From NCBI GenBank assembly GCA_039588255.1, contig JBDHAF010000001.1, positions 25,488 to 89,487 on the forward strand: a stretch of 64,000 nucleotides of DNA. The letters run 5' to 3'. Below the pieces are notes generated by a model that saw nothing but the letters and a program-made list of their open reading frames with translations, ran no database searches and was not told where the DNA came from. Numbering within the stretch: position 1 is the stretch's first letter; each line of letters starts with the position of its first letter. This DNA is from Gemmatimonadota bacterium. GTDB lineage: Bacteria > Gemmatimonadota > Gemmatimonadetes > Gemmatimonadales > GWC2-71-9. Positions 26,208 to 35,674 of this stretch are shown piece after piece. The position numbers and the translations under genes were made by a program.

Positions 26208-29200
26208 ATGGAGCGCGGGAGCATCTTGCTGTTCGGAGTCCTGTTGGCGGTGTCACCGAGCGGATTGCACGCTCAGGCCCGAGTAGATGACCTGGCGAAT
26301 CAGTTTCGCTGGCGCAACATCGGGCCGGCAACGATGATGGGACGCATCTCGTCCATCGACGCCCTAGACTCCGATTACCGCACGGTGTTGATCGGGTCTG
26401 CTTCGGGCGGCGTCTTCAAATCGACCAACGGCGGCATCACCTGGACGGCGATCTTCGAGCAATACGGCAGCCAGTCCATCGGCGATGTCGAGTTCTTCCA
26501 AGGCGACCCGAACATCATCTGGGTCGGTACCGGCGAATCCACAAATCGCAACAGCGTCGGTTGGGGCGACGGGATCTACAAGTCGACGGACGGCGGCAGG
26601 ACGTTCACCAACATGGGGTTGGGTGACACGCACCAGATAGCCGAGATCCTGACCCATCCCACCGACCCCGACATCGTCTATGTCGCCGGCCTCGGACACC
26701 TGTGGGGCTACTCGGGAAGTCGCGGGTTGTACAAGACCACCGACGGCGGAGAGACGTGGGAGAAGCTCACCAACGGCCTCCCTGACGATGGGAGAACCGG
26801 CGCCACCCAAGTCACCATGCATCCCGACAACCCCAACGTCCTGTTCGCAGGCATGTACCAACGCCTCCGGACCCCACACAACATGCATAGCGGGGGCCCA
26901 AACGGCGGCCTATTCAAATCCACTGATGCAGGACGATCGTGGCGCAAGCTGACGGACGGCCTCCCCACGGGGGAGACCGGGCAGATCGACGTCGACATCT
27001 ATCGCGCGAACCCCGACATCGTCTGGGCCTACGTGGAGGCATCCGACGAGCTCCCCGACGACCTGAATATTCCCGGGCCGGGGGTCTATAAATCCGAGGA
27101 CGGCGGCGAGAGCTGGACCTACAAACACCGCCACAACTCGCGCCCCTACTATCACGGGCGCATTCGCGTGAATCCCTCCGACGACAACTTGATCTACGTC
27201 GTGGCACGGGATTTCTACTACTCCATTGACGGCGGGGAGACGTTTCGCCAGGGGAGGCCGTGGGGACAGGGGGGTGGCGACGACCACGACTTGTGGATCG
27301 ATCCCCACAACAAGGAGATCTTCTACAACGCCACCGATCAGGGAGCGTACCTCTCGGTCGACGGTGGGCAGTCACTCCTCGCCTTCAACAACATGGCCAT
27401 CGGACAGTACTACGCCATCGGCGTGGACATGCAGGATCCGTACTGGGTCTATGGGGGCCTGCAGGACAACGGTGGATGGACCATTCCCAGTAACAGCCGC
27501 GACCCGCAGGGAATTCTCAACGACCACGCCAGGGTGACCAACGGCGGCGACGGGTTCCACATGCAGATCGATCCCACCGATTGGCGCACGCTCTACACCA
27601 CCGCCCACGTGGGGTACTTCGGACGGCAGAACATGGAGACCGGAGAGCACGTCTTCGTCACGCCCACACCCCAGACCACCTCCAACTTCTACGAGTACTA
27701 CGACCCCAACTTCGACGAGTCTCAGACTAATTACTCCATCAACGGAGAGGAGCGCTGGCTCTGGCGGGACATTCCCCAGCGCACCACCAACGGCAGCATC
27801 CTCCCACCCCAGTTCCGCTGGAACTGGAACTCTCCCCTCGTCATGTCCCCGACGAATCCCACGACGATCTACGTGGGGTCGAGTCACCTGTTCAAGTCCG
27901 TGGACCGTGGAGAGACGTGGCGTATCGTCAGTCCCGATCTGACGAAGAACGACCCGGATACCAGGAACTCCACTTACAGCGGCGGACTGACGAAGGACGC
28001 CACTGGAGCCGAGAACCACAACACCATTTACACCGTGGACGAGTCGCCGGTGAACAGCGGCGTGATTTGGGTGGGGACCGACGATGGAAACGTCCAAGTC
28101 ACGCGGAACGGCGGGGTCACGTGGACCAACGTGCGCGACAACGTCCCCGGCATTCCCGACGAGATCTGGGTGAGCCGTGTCGAGGCGTCACACTTCCATG
28201 AGGGCACAGCCTACGTGACCTTCGACGGCCACTGGGTGGACGACACAGCTCCGTACATCTACCGGACCACGGATTTCGGTGCGTCGTGGGAAGACATCTC
28301 CAGCGACCTGCCGAGAGCGAATCCCGGTTTGACCATCCACACCGTCGTCGAGGATTTCCGCAACCCAAACCTGCTGTTCATCGGAACCGAGTTCGGCGTG
28401 TACGCCACCGTGGACGGGGGAGACCACTGGTTCCGGTTCATGGACAACCTCCCACCGGTGGCCGTGCACGATCTCGTCATTCATCCACGGGACGCCGATC
28501 TCGTGGCCGGCACCCACGGCCGCAGCCTCTGGATCGCCGACGACATCACCCCATTACGACAGCTCACCGAGGACGTTGTAGCGCAGGACGTGTTCTTGTT
28601 TGACAACCGACCGGCCACCAAGTGGCGCAGCATCTCGAAAGGACGGATCCAGAGTTATTTCAAATTCCGGGGGCAGAACCCACGGCCCGGTGCGGCCATT
28701 CACTACTACCTCCGGTCGGATCGAGATTCGGTGCGCGTGATGATCGAGGACGTCTTCCGTGATCGCAGCCGCACGCTCATTGTGAACGGCCGCGCCGGGA
28801 TCAATCGCGTGCGGTGGGACATGCAGTTCTTCCCGACCAACGAGAAACTGGGGGCCCACCGCGACCTGCTTCGCGACGCCCAGGGGCTCATCACCGAACG
28901 CGTCCGCACCACGCGACGCGAAGATCACCTGCAGCAGATGCAAAAGGACCTTTTGGCAACACAGCGATATCCCAATCTCTACAGCGGCGCCGAATACCCA
29001 AATCGCGTTGATCCGCGCCGCCTGTTGTTGGACCACCTGCGACACATCGAGACCCGGCTCCGCGAAGCCGAGTCCTTCCGCGATCTGTACAACGTCCGAG
29101 AGCAATTGCTCGCCTTCAGCCAGGTGGTGGGCGACGAGGCGTTCTTCGGTTTTTACGGTGACGAGCTGACCGCCATCACCGCGGCGGCGGGCGTGTACCG

Positions 29201-29279
29201 TGTCACGGTCACAGTGGACGGACGAGATTACGTTGGAGAGATCACCGTCCGCGAGGATCCCTTGGTGGGTAAGAACTGA
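26208..29279 (+). CDS. Secreted BNR/Asp-box beta-propeller protein (VPS10/sortilin-like, glycosyl-hydrolase-like)
   Basis: Signal peptide, WRNIGP..GR, repeated KSTDGGxTW Asp-boxes, GLQDNG, GTDDGN, GTHGRS. Confidence 0.85.
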   Translation: MERGSILLFGVLLAVSPSGLHAQARVDDLANQFRWRNIGPATMMGRISSIDALDSDYRTVLIGSASGGVFKSTNGGITWTAIFEQYGSQSIGDVEFFQGDPNIIWVGTGESTNRNSVGWGDGIYKSTDGGRTFTNMGLGDTHQIAEILTHPTDPDIVYVAGLGHLWGYSGSRGLYKTTDGGETWEKLTNGLPDDGRTGATQVTMHPDNPNVLFAGMYQRLRTPHNMHSGGPNGGLFKSTDAGRSWRKLTDGLPTGETGQIDVDIYRANPDIVWAYVEASDELPDDLNIPGPGVYKSEDGGESWTYKHRHNSRPYYHGRIRVNPSDDNLIYVVARDFYYSIDGGETFRQGRPWGQGGGDDHDLWIDPHNKEIFYNATDQGAYLSVDGGQSLLAFNNMAIGQYYAIGVDMQDPYWVYGGLQDNGGWTIPSNSRDPQGILNDHARVTNGGDGFHMQIDPTDWRTLYTTAHVGYFGRQNMETGEHVFVTPTPQTTSNFYEYYDPNFDESQTNYSINGEERWLWRDIPQRTTNGSILPPQFRWNWNSPLVMSPTNPTTIYVGSSHLFKSVDRGETWRIVSPDLTKNDPDTRNSTYSGGLTKDATGAENHNTIYTVDESPVNSGVIWVGTDDGNVQVTRNGGVTWTNVRDNVPGIPDEIWVSRVEASHFHEGTAYVTFDGHWVDDTAPYIYRTTDFGASWEDISSDLPRANPGLTIHTVVEDFRNPNLLFIGTEFGVYATVDGGDHWFRFMDNLPPVAVHDLVIHPRDADLVAGTHGRSLWIADDITPLRQLTEDVVAQDVFLFDNRPATKWRSISKGRIQSYFKFRGQNPRPGAAIHYYLRSDRDSVRVMIEDVFRDRSRTLIVNGRAGINRVRWDMQFFPTNEKLGAHRDLLRDAQGLITERVRTTRREDHLQQMQKDLLATQRYPNLYSGAEYPNRVDPRRLLLDHLRHIETRLREAESFRDLYNVREQLLAFSQVVGDEAFFGFYGDELTAITAAAGVYRVTVTVDGRDYVGEITVREDPLVGKN

Positions 29280-29350
29280 ACACCAGTGCCGCGCTGCAAG
29301 CTGTGCTTGAGGCGCAAGGCCGCGCTGTAACCCGGCGTTCCACGCCCGAT

Positions 29351-29469
29351 GGCTCGCATGCCAATCGGTCCCTCGGCGCGCCGCGGTTCGCGAGGCACTT
29401 CCACTCGCTGTAACAGGATTCCGGCCGCTCACCTAGGCGCGCGAACGGGACCGACAGGCATGCTGCGCC
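29351..29469 (+). repeat. Palindromic element, copy E
   Basis: GGCTCGCATGC..GTCCCTCGGCGCGCCGCGGTTCGC...CGCTCACCTAGGCGCGCGAACGGGAC..GCATGCTGCGCC; lies between convergent genes. Confidence 0.8.
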
Positions 29470-29524
29470 AGCCGGCAGTCCACCTTAGCACGGTGTGGCG
29501 CACCTCGCCCCAGGGGTGTCGCTT

Positions 29525-30139
29525 TTAGTGATGAATGGCGGGAGTCTGGTGGATGTAGGTGTCGTCCGTCAGCTGTTCCAGCATGAATTCAGCGAGATCC
29601 GCCCGCGCGATCTTGCTCGCGATCCCGTGGGTGACATCGGGTCCCACACGATAGGTGCCGGTGTGGGGCTCGTTCGTGAGCAGCGATGGCCGGACGACGA
29701 TCCAATCTAAACCGCTGGCGCGAATCAACTCTTCCTGCCGCTCTTTGTCTTCCAGATTCACGAAGAGTTTCATGATGAGTCGGGCAAGCCACCACGTTCT
29801 CTTCTTGCTGTCACCCGTGCCCAACCCCGTCACCGCCACGAGGCGACGGACGCCGTGTTGCCTCATGCCATTGACGATGTTCTCGGTGGCCTGGGAACCC
29901 ACACGCGACGCCTTGAGTCGCTCGCCGATCGCGCACATGACCGCATCGGCGCCTTCGATCGTTTGGGCAACGCCAGCACGGGAGCGCACGTCCCCCTTCA
30001 CGACCTTCAACTTTTCGTGACTGATTGGGAAGGCCTCCGGCGTCCTTACATACGCCGTAACCTCGTGGTCGTGCTGTAAAGCACGCTCTACGAGAAAGAG
30101 ACCAGTCTGGCCGGACGCCCCGAATATCGTGACGTTCAT
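29525..30139 (-). CDS. NAD(P)-binding oxidoreductase (flavin reductase/BLVRB-like atypical SDR)
   Basis: IFGASGQTG Rossmann motif, SGLDWIVVRP, IARADLA. Confidence 0.85.
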   Translation of the reverse strand: MNVTIFGASGQTGLFLVERALQHDHEVTAYVRTPEAFPISHEKLKVVKGDVRSRAGVAQTIEGADAVMCAIGERLKASRVGSQATENIVNGMRQHGVRRLVAVTGLGTGDSKKRTWWLARLIMKLFVNLEDKERQEELIRASGLDWIVVRPSLLTNEPHTGTYRVGPDVTHGIASKIARADLAEFMLEQLTDDTYIHQTPAIHH

Positions 30140-30236
30140 TCCACCCGCGCAGAACTCATGAATGGGCCTAAACATAAAGAATGCGCTTTTTTCGGGCGGG
30201 TCGCAAATAGCGAGTCCTCACACCGGCCCTGGCCCC

Positions 30237-30953
30237 TCAGGTCAGGAACATGGACGCGACCCCGGCCGAGACGAGCTTCAGCAGGATCCAGAGGCCTCCA
30301 ACGATGGCCAACGCACCCGTGACGCTGGGAGCCTTGGTCTTTATTTGGTTGCCGACGGCCAGTAGAAAGACGCCCCAGGCACCAAAGAAGGTGAGCTGGC
30401 TGGCAAACGAATGCAGGAAAGTCCCCGGTTCCCCGAATAGGGACCCCAGAGAAAAGTCCGGCCGCTCGAGACCTGCGAACGTTACCAAAGCGACCCCCAG
30501 CACGATTCCGATCATCTGGGGCACATAAGCGTGGGCCGCTATGGCGAACTCGTCCCGAAAGGTGATCGTGGCGCCGCTAGTGGCACTGAAAATGAGTTTC
30601 AGCACCAACGCCGCCACCGTAATACTGATGAGACCGCCAACGATGGCGGCGGCAAAGGTGATCGCCCGCGACCGCGTGCTCGCGGCTCCATCGATGATCC
30701 GCAACCGATCCTCCTCCGTGAATCGGTCGCCCAAGACGTCCTCCATGGCGTCGGCTTGATTCCGCGCCTCCCGCCGGAGCGTCTCCGCCGGCGTCCCGAG
30801 CGCCAGGACGGCCGCCGCCAGCGCAAGGAGAATGATGGGGGCGAGGGCGCGGGGGTGCTCCGCCAACTGACGGAACACCGCGACCGGCTCGTCGAGAACG
30901 CGGAGCGCCAGCCAGAGCGGACCTCTGGGGCCTGCAGCTTCGGGGGACTCCAT
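30237..30953 (-). CDS. YIP1 family membrane protein
   Basis: VLDEPVAVFRQL start, about 5 TM segments, HAYVP; downstream of the MacB-type permease. Confidence 0.7.
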   Translation of the reverse strand: MESPEAAGPRGPLWLALRVLDEPVAVFRQLAEHPRALAPIILLALAAAVLALGTPAETLRREARNQADAMEDVLGDRFTEEDRLRIIDGAASTRSRAITFAAAIVGGLISITVAALVLKLIFSATSGATITFRDEFAIAAHAYVPQMIGIVLGVALVTFAGLERPDFSLGSLFGEPGTFLHSFASQLTFFGAWGVFLLAVGNQIKTKAPSVTGALAIVGGLWILLKLVSAGVASMFLT

Positions 30954-31038
30954 AGTCGCCTCGTGGAAGATAAGCACCACGAAGTTGCAGCGAAGGTCAA
31001 CCGGAATACAAGTGAATCTCGGTTCGGATTCGCGCCGT

Positions 31039-33747
31039 CTATTCCTCCCGGAGCACCACCATCGGATCGACGCGACTCGCCCGGAACGCCGGAATGTAGG
31101 ACGCAGCACCGACGACGACCGCGAGGACGCCCACCACCCCGAAATACGTCAGCGGATCCCCGGGCTGCACGCCGAACAACAGCGTGGAAATGAGTCGTGT
31201 GACGAACACCGAAGCCACCACGCCGATCGCACCGCCGAAGACCACCAAGATCGCGCCCTGCCCCACCACCTGCCGCAACACGGCGCTCTGGGTCGCGCCC
31301 AAGGCCATCCGTACTCCGATCTCACCCGACCTTTCTGCGACGGAGTACGACATCACACCGTACAGACCCACCGCGGCGAGGACGATGGCCGCGGCGGCGA
31401 GCACCGTGGTGAGCAGGAAGTTGAACCGGGGCTGAGCGATCGTTCCTGACACCAATTCGGCGAGGGGAGTCGCTGCGTATACGGCGAGGGCGGGGTCGAT
31501 TTCGCGCACCTGGCGGCGGGCGGCGGCGATCAGGGCGGAGAGATCGGATTCCGCTTTGACGACTGCGGTCATGCTGGCGCGGCCATTCTGGGCAAAGGGC
31601 CGGTACACCTGCGCGTACGGCTCGCTGTCGAGCCCCTGATCCTTGATGTCCCCCACCACCCCAACGACCGTCATCCACGGTCCGGTTTGCGGGCTCCCGA
31701 ACGTGATGCGCTGGCCAATGGGATCCTCATCGGGCCAGTACTGGCGCACCATCGTTTCATTGATCACGGCGACCGCCTCCGCCCCGCTCCGATCCTGGTC
31801 CGTGAACCCGCGGCCGCGCATCATCGGAATACCCACCGTGCGGAAGTACGAGAACGACGCAGTGGACACGTGGGCGTCCTGCACCATGGATACCGCATTG
31901 GAGGGGGGCGGGCGCCCCTCGACAGCGAAGCTCAGGTAGTTGCCTCCACCCATGGCCGGCAGATCGGACACGAGGCCGACACGGGCCACGCCGGGCAGCC
32001 CCGAAGTGCGCTCCGAGAGTTGTCGGTAGAACGCCACCTGGGCCTCAGCGTCGGGGTACTGCGCACCCGGGAGAGAGAGGCGCATGGTGGCCACGCCTCC
32101 CGGATCGAACCCGGGGTCCACACGCTGCAGCTCCATGAAGCTGCGCATCATGAGGCCTGCTCCCACGAGCAGCACGATTGCCAGCGCCACCTGGGAGACC
32201 ACCAGGGCGCTACGGAACCGGAAGCTTCGGCTACCATCCGCCGCCCGCGAACCGCCTTGCCGCAGTGACGCGGCGATGTTCGTCCGCGAGGCCTGCAATG
32301 CCGGCGCGACGCCGAACAGCAGTCCCGTCCCCACCGTGACGGCCAACGCGAAGAGGAACACGGGGCCCTCCACGCCGGCTCCCTCGAGCCGTGGGATGTT
32401 CCCGGGACTCAACGAGACCAGCGCGTCAACACCGAGCTTCGCCAAGAGGAGTCCGACACCGCCGCCGATCACTGCCAGCAATCCCGTCTCGGTGAGCAAC
32501 TGACCCATCAATCGACTGCGACCGGCTCCCAACGCCGAGCGAACCGCCATCTCACTGGAGCGCGCCGCCGCCCGGGCGAGCAGCAGGTTTGCCACGTTGG
32601 CGCACACGATGAGCAGTACAAACCCGACGGCCCCGAGGAATGCGAGCAACGGGAGCCGGATGTTGCCGACGATCTGTTCGTGCAACGAGACGAGTTGCAC
32701 GGTCCAGTCCGCATTACTCTGGGGATACTCCTCCTCGAGCCGTGCGGCGATGGTGGTCATTTCGGTTTGAGCCTCGTCCAGCGACACACCGTCGCCAAGG
32801 CGCCCCACCACCGTGAGGAAGTCACCGCGCCGACCGAAGCGGGTCGGATCGAGCGCGAGGGGCATCCAGAGGTCCACCTCCCGGGGAAAGTCAAACCCGG
32901 GCGGGGCAATCCCGATCACGACGTGCATGTTGCCGTGGACGTCGACGGCCCGTCCCACCACCGCCGTGTCGCCACCGAAGCGTCGCTGCCAGAGTCCGTA
33001 TCCCAATACCACAACGCGCTCCGCTCCGGGGATATCCTCCTCCGTCGTCGGCGCGCGCCCCACAAACGGTGCCACACCCATCACCTGAAAGAAGCCATCC
33101 GAAACTCGGGCCCCGCGGACCCGCTCCGTGCCTGGATCTGCATCGGTCAGATTGACGCTCTGCACCACCACCGCACTCATGCCGGCGAACGTCGTGTTCT
33201 GGTCGCGCCAGTCCAGGAAGTCCGGCAGCGATGCCACCTCCCGCCCAATCCCGGGATTGAAACCCCACACCATTGCGAGGCGCTCCGGCGACCCATAGGG
33301 AAGGGGGGTGAGCAACACCGCGTGCACCACGCTGAAGATCGCAACGTTGGCTCCGATGCCGAGGGCGAGCGTGAACACCACCACCGCTGCAAACCCGAGG
33401 TTCTTTCGGAGCGAGCGGAGTCCGTAACCGAGGTCCTGGAACAGGTTTTCCATGAGATTCGCCTTGCGCTGCGAGTGTGGGCCACGGCCGCCACCGGTGA
33501 TCGCGACCTGGAACTGCTGAGCCCGCGCTCCCGTGGCATTGGTGACGATGTCACGAAGTGTCCGCAACCAGAAAACCGGCAGGCCGCGAGGACCCCGCTC
33601 CCTGAGGACGGCGTCAAGCCGATCGCTGAACGTCTCGACCAGGTCCTGCCGGTATGCGGCCCGGAAGGACTGGGGGTACGCCCACAGCAGTGCGCGGTAC
33701 ACCCCGATGGAGACGGCTGCGAACACCGAAGACCGTGCCCGCGTCAT
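31039..33747 (-). CDS. MacB/FtsX-type duplicated ABC permease (ADOP-like) without an adjacent ATPase
   Basis: QDLGYGLRSL, LALGIGAN, LLIVCANVANLLLAR, DPGF, EIGVRMALGA, RASRVDPMVVLR. Confidence 0.92.
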   Translation of the reverse strand: MTRARSSVFAAVSIGVYRALLWAYPQSFRAAYRQDLVETFSDRLDAVLRERGPRGLPVFWLRTLRDIVTNATGARAQQFQVAITGGGRGPHSQRKANLMENLFQDLGYGLRSLRKNLGFAAVVVFTLALGIGANVAIFSVVHAVLLTPLPYGSPERLAMVWGFNPGIGREVASLPDFLDWRDQNTTFAGMSAVVVQSVNLTDADPGTERVRGARVSDGFFQVMGVAPFVGRAPTTEEDIPGAERVVVLGYGLWQRRFGGDTAVVGRAVDVHGNMHVVIGIAPPGFDFPREVDLWMPLALDPTRFGRRGDFLTVVGRLGDGVSLDEAQTEMTTIAARLEEEYPQSNADWTVQLVSLHEQIVGNIRLPLLAFLGAVGFVLLIVCANVANLLLARAAARSSEMAVRSALGAGRSRLMGQLLTETGLLAVIGGGVGLLLAKLGVDALVSLSPGNIPRLEGAGVEGPVFLFALAVTVGTGLLFGVAPALQASRTNIAASLRQGGSRAADGSRSFRFRSALVVSQVALAIVLLVGAGLMMRSFMELQRVDPGFDPGGVATMRLSLPGAQYPDAEAQVAFYRQLSERTSGLPGVARVGLVSDLPAMGGGNYLSFAVEGRPPPSNAVSMVQDAHVSTASFSYFRTVGIPMMRGRGFTDQDRSGAEAVAVINETMVRQYWPDEDPIGQRITFGSPQTGPWMTVVGVVGDIKDQGLDSEPYAQVYRPFAQNGRASMTAVVKAESDLSALIAAARRQVREIDPALAVYAATPLAELVSGTIAQPRFNFLLTTVLAAAAIVLAAVGLYGVMSYSVAERSGEIGVRMALGATQSAVLRQVVGQGAILVVFGGAIGVVASVFVTRLISTLLFGVQPGDPLTYFGVVGVLAVVVGAASYIPAFRASRVDPMVVLREE

Positions 33748-34100
33748 CTCGTTCCGAGCCCCTTCAGGAGATCGGCCGCCCGGGCCTCCTCTACCAGCCT
33801 GGCCATCCGGCGGGCCTCCGCCGCAGCCACTTCCCGGCCCTCGTCAGTGAGGCTGAAGTAACGGCGACGCTGGTCGTCCAGTTCGGGGGCGGGCCGCCGC
33901 TCGGCCTCTCGAATCAGACCGTCTCGGGTGAGTCGCTGGAGCGCCCGGTACAGGGTCCCCGGCTCGAGCCTCATCTCGCCGTCCGTCCGGGTCTCGGTCT
34001 CCCGGATGATCGAATAGCCGTGGGCCTCACCGTCAGCCAAGACCAGCAGGATCTGAAACTCCACCGGCCGCAGGGGACCTCCCGTATGCGTTGTTGCCAC
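33744..34100 (-). CDS. PadR family transcriptional regulator
   Basis: ILLVLADGEAHGY, GTLYRALQRL, RRRYFSLT; GAGGAG RBS; stop overlaps the permease ATG. Confidence 0.92.
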   Translation of the reverse strand: MATTHTGGPLRPVEFQILLVLADGEAHGYSIIRETETRTDGEMRLEPGTLYRALQRLTRDGLIREAERRPAPELDDQRRRYFSLTDEGREVAAAEARRMARLVEEARAADLLKGLGTR

Positions 34101-34122
34101 GAATGCTCTCCTCGTGTGATGT

Positions 34123-34134
34123 TGTCGCGCGACA
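34123..34134. promoter_or_regulatory. Candidate PadR operator
   Basis: Perfect palindrome TGTCGCGCGACA just upstream of the padR RBS. Confidence 0.5.
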
Positions 34135-34263
34135 CATATATGCGTGACACTAACAGTTTACGCAAGAATGTCCTAAAAGTTCCACCCGTGTCGCTCCTGG
34201 TTTTCGACAATCAGGCCTGGGTGATCTACCGGATCTGGTACGACGGGATGTAGAGAGCAGCCC

Positions 34264-35067
34264 TCACAGCCGTTCCAGGTAGCGCTCCGGGGCGTTCAAG
34301 AAATCCCTCACCAACTGCACGCTCTCCAAATCCTCATATCGCACGGCCTCGATGGGGCACGAGTCGCAGCTCAGGATTCGCGCGTCCGGAAACGCCATCA
34401 GGATGGGCGAGTGGGTGGCGATGATGAACTGGCAGCGCGCCGCGACCATCTCTTTCAGCAAGGTGAGAAGCGCCAACTGCCTCAGGGGCGACAACGGGAC
34501 CTCGGGCTCGTCCAGTAAGTACAATCCGTCGGGAACGACCCGGGACTGAAACAGCTTGAGGAAGCTCTCGCCGTGGGACTGGGCATCGAGTCCGTCGCCA
34601 TATCGCTGCTGGATGTCACCGACGGTTCCGGCATGGGGGCTCTTGGCCAGACGTTTCGCGAGCTCAGACCTTCCGACGTATTCCTTATCAATGAGCTCTA
34701 TCTGGGCGGCGGCGGCGGCGCGCTGGCGTGAGACCTGTTTGGTGTACCCGAAGAAATCCTCGGCCCGCAGAAAGAAACCTCGATGGGTGCGTTTGCTCCA
34801 CGTATGCTTGAGCGCGTGGCCCAGGCGGCGAACGGACTGCAGCGTGTCGTCGCTTTCGACGCCCTCACTTCCCACCGTGACAGCGCCGATCGCACACGCG
34901 ATTGCCTCGAGGATCGTGGATTTGCCGGATCCGTTCTCGCCTACCAAAAACGTGACCGGAGCAGTGAAGTCGATCCGGTCGAGCGTGCGGATCACCGGCA
35001 CGGTGAAGGGGAAGCCCTCCTGCCCGTCATGCGACGCTTTCAACGAGATCGACCGGAGGTGGATCAT
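34264..35067 (-). CDS. Predicted ABC-class (AAA_21/COG3910-like) ATPase
   Basis: GENGSGKST, FFLRAE, SHGESF, LLDEPE, IIATHSP. Confidence 0.88.
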   Translation of the reverse strand: MIHLRSISLKASHDGQEGFPFTVPVIRTLDRIDFTAPVTFLVGENGSGKSTILEAIACAIGAVTVGSEGVESDDTLQSVRRLGHALKHTWSKRTHRGFFLRAEDFFGYTKQVSRQRAAAAAQIELIDKEYVGRSELAKRLAKSPHAGTVGDIQQRYGDGLDAQSHGESFLKLFQSRVVPDGLYLLDEPEVPLSPLRQLALLTLLKEMVAARCQFIIATHSPILMAFPDARILSCDSCPIEAVRYEDLESVQLVRDFLNAPERYLERL

Positions 35068-35076
35068 GGCAGCACC

Positions 35077-35526
35077 CTAGAGGCCCGTGTGGCCGAATCC
35101 TCCTTCGCCCCGGGCCGTCTCCGGCAGCTCGGTCACTTCCACCAACTCAACCTTCGGCACCGGCGTCACGATCATCTGGGCAATGCGCATCCCGCGTTTA
35201 ACCGTGAACGGCTCCGCGCCGTGATTGATGACGGGCACCTTGACCTCTCCCCGGTAATCGGAGTCGATGGTGCCCGGTGTGTTGACCAGCGAGAGACCGT
35301 GTCTGACGGCGAGGCCGGATCGCGGACGCACCTGTGCCTCGTATCCGGGGGGGAGCGCGAGGAAAAAGCCACAGGGAATCAGGTTCCGCTCCCCCGAGCC
35401 GATGACGACGTCGCCGTCGACCGCCGCCGCCAGATCCATCCCCACGGACCCAGAGGTCTCATAGCTCGGAAGCGGGATGTCGGCGCAGTCGTTCCGGCGC
35501 TTGATGGAGACGGTGACCTTGTCCAT
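35077..35526 (-). CDS. dut: dUTP diphosphatase
   Basis: GMDL, RPRSGLA, GTIDSDYRGE, RIAQM, RGEGGFGHTG. Confidence 0.96.
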   Translation of the reverse strand: MDKVTVSIKRRNDCADIPLPSYETSGSVGMDLAAAVDGDVVIGSGERNLIPCGFFLALPPGYEAQVRPRSGLAVRHGLSLVNTPGTIDSDYRGEVKVPVINHGAEPFTVKRGMRIAQMIVTPVPKVELVEVTELPETARGEGGFGHTGL

Positions 35527-35674
35527 GGCGGGAGATAATAGGTGTCAAACTGGGTCGGAGGAAGTGGGGACGGTTGGCGTCCGTACCATTGGAACATCAG
35601 CCGTTGCGCCGCCTACTACCCACTGGTCGCACGGCCCTCTAGCTTTCCCCCGACTGGCCCCACAGGAGAATGCC

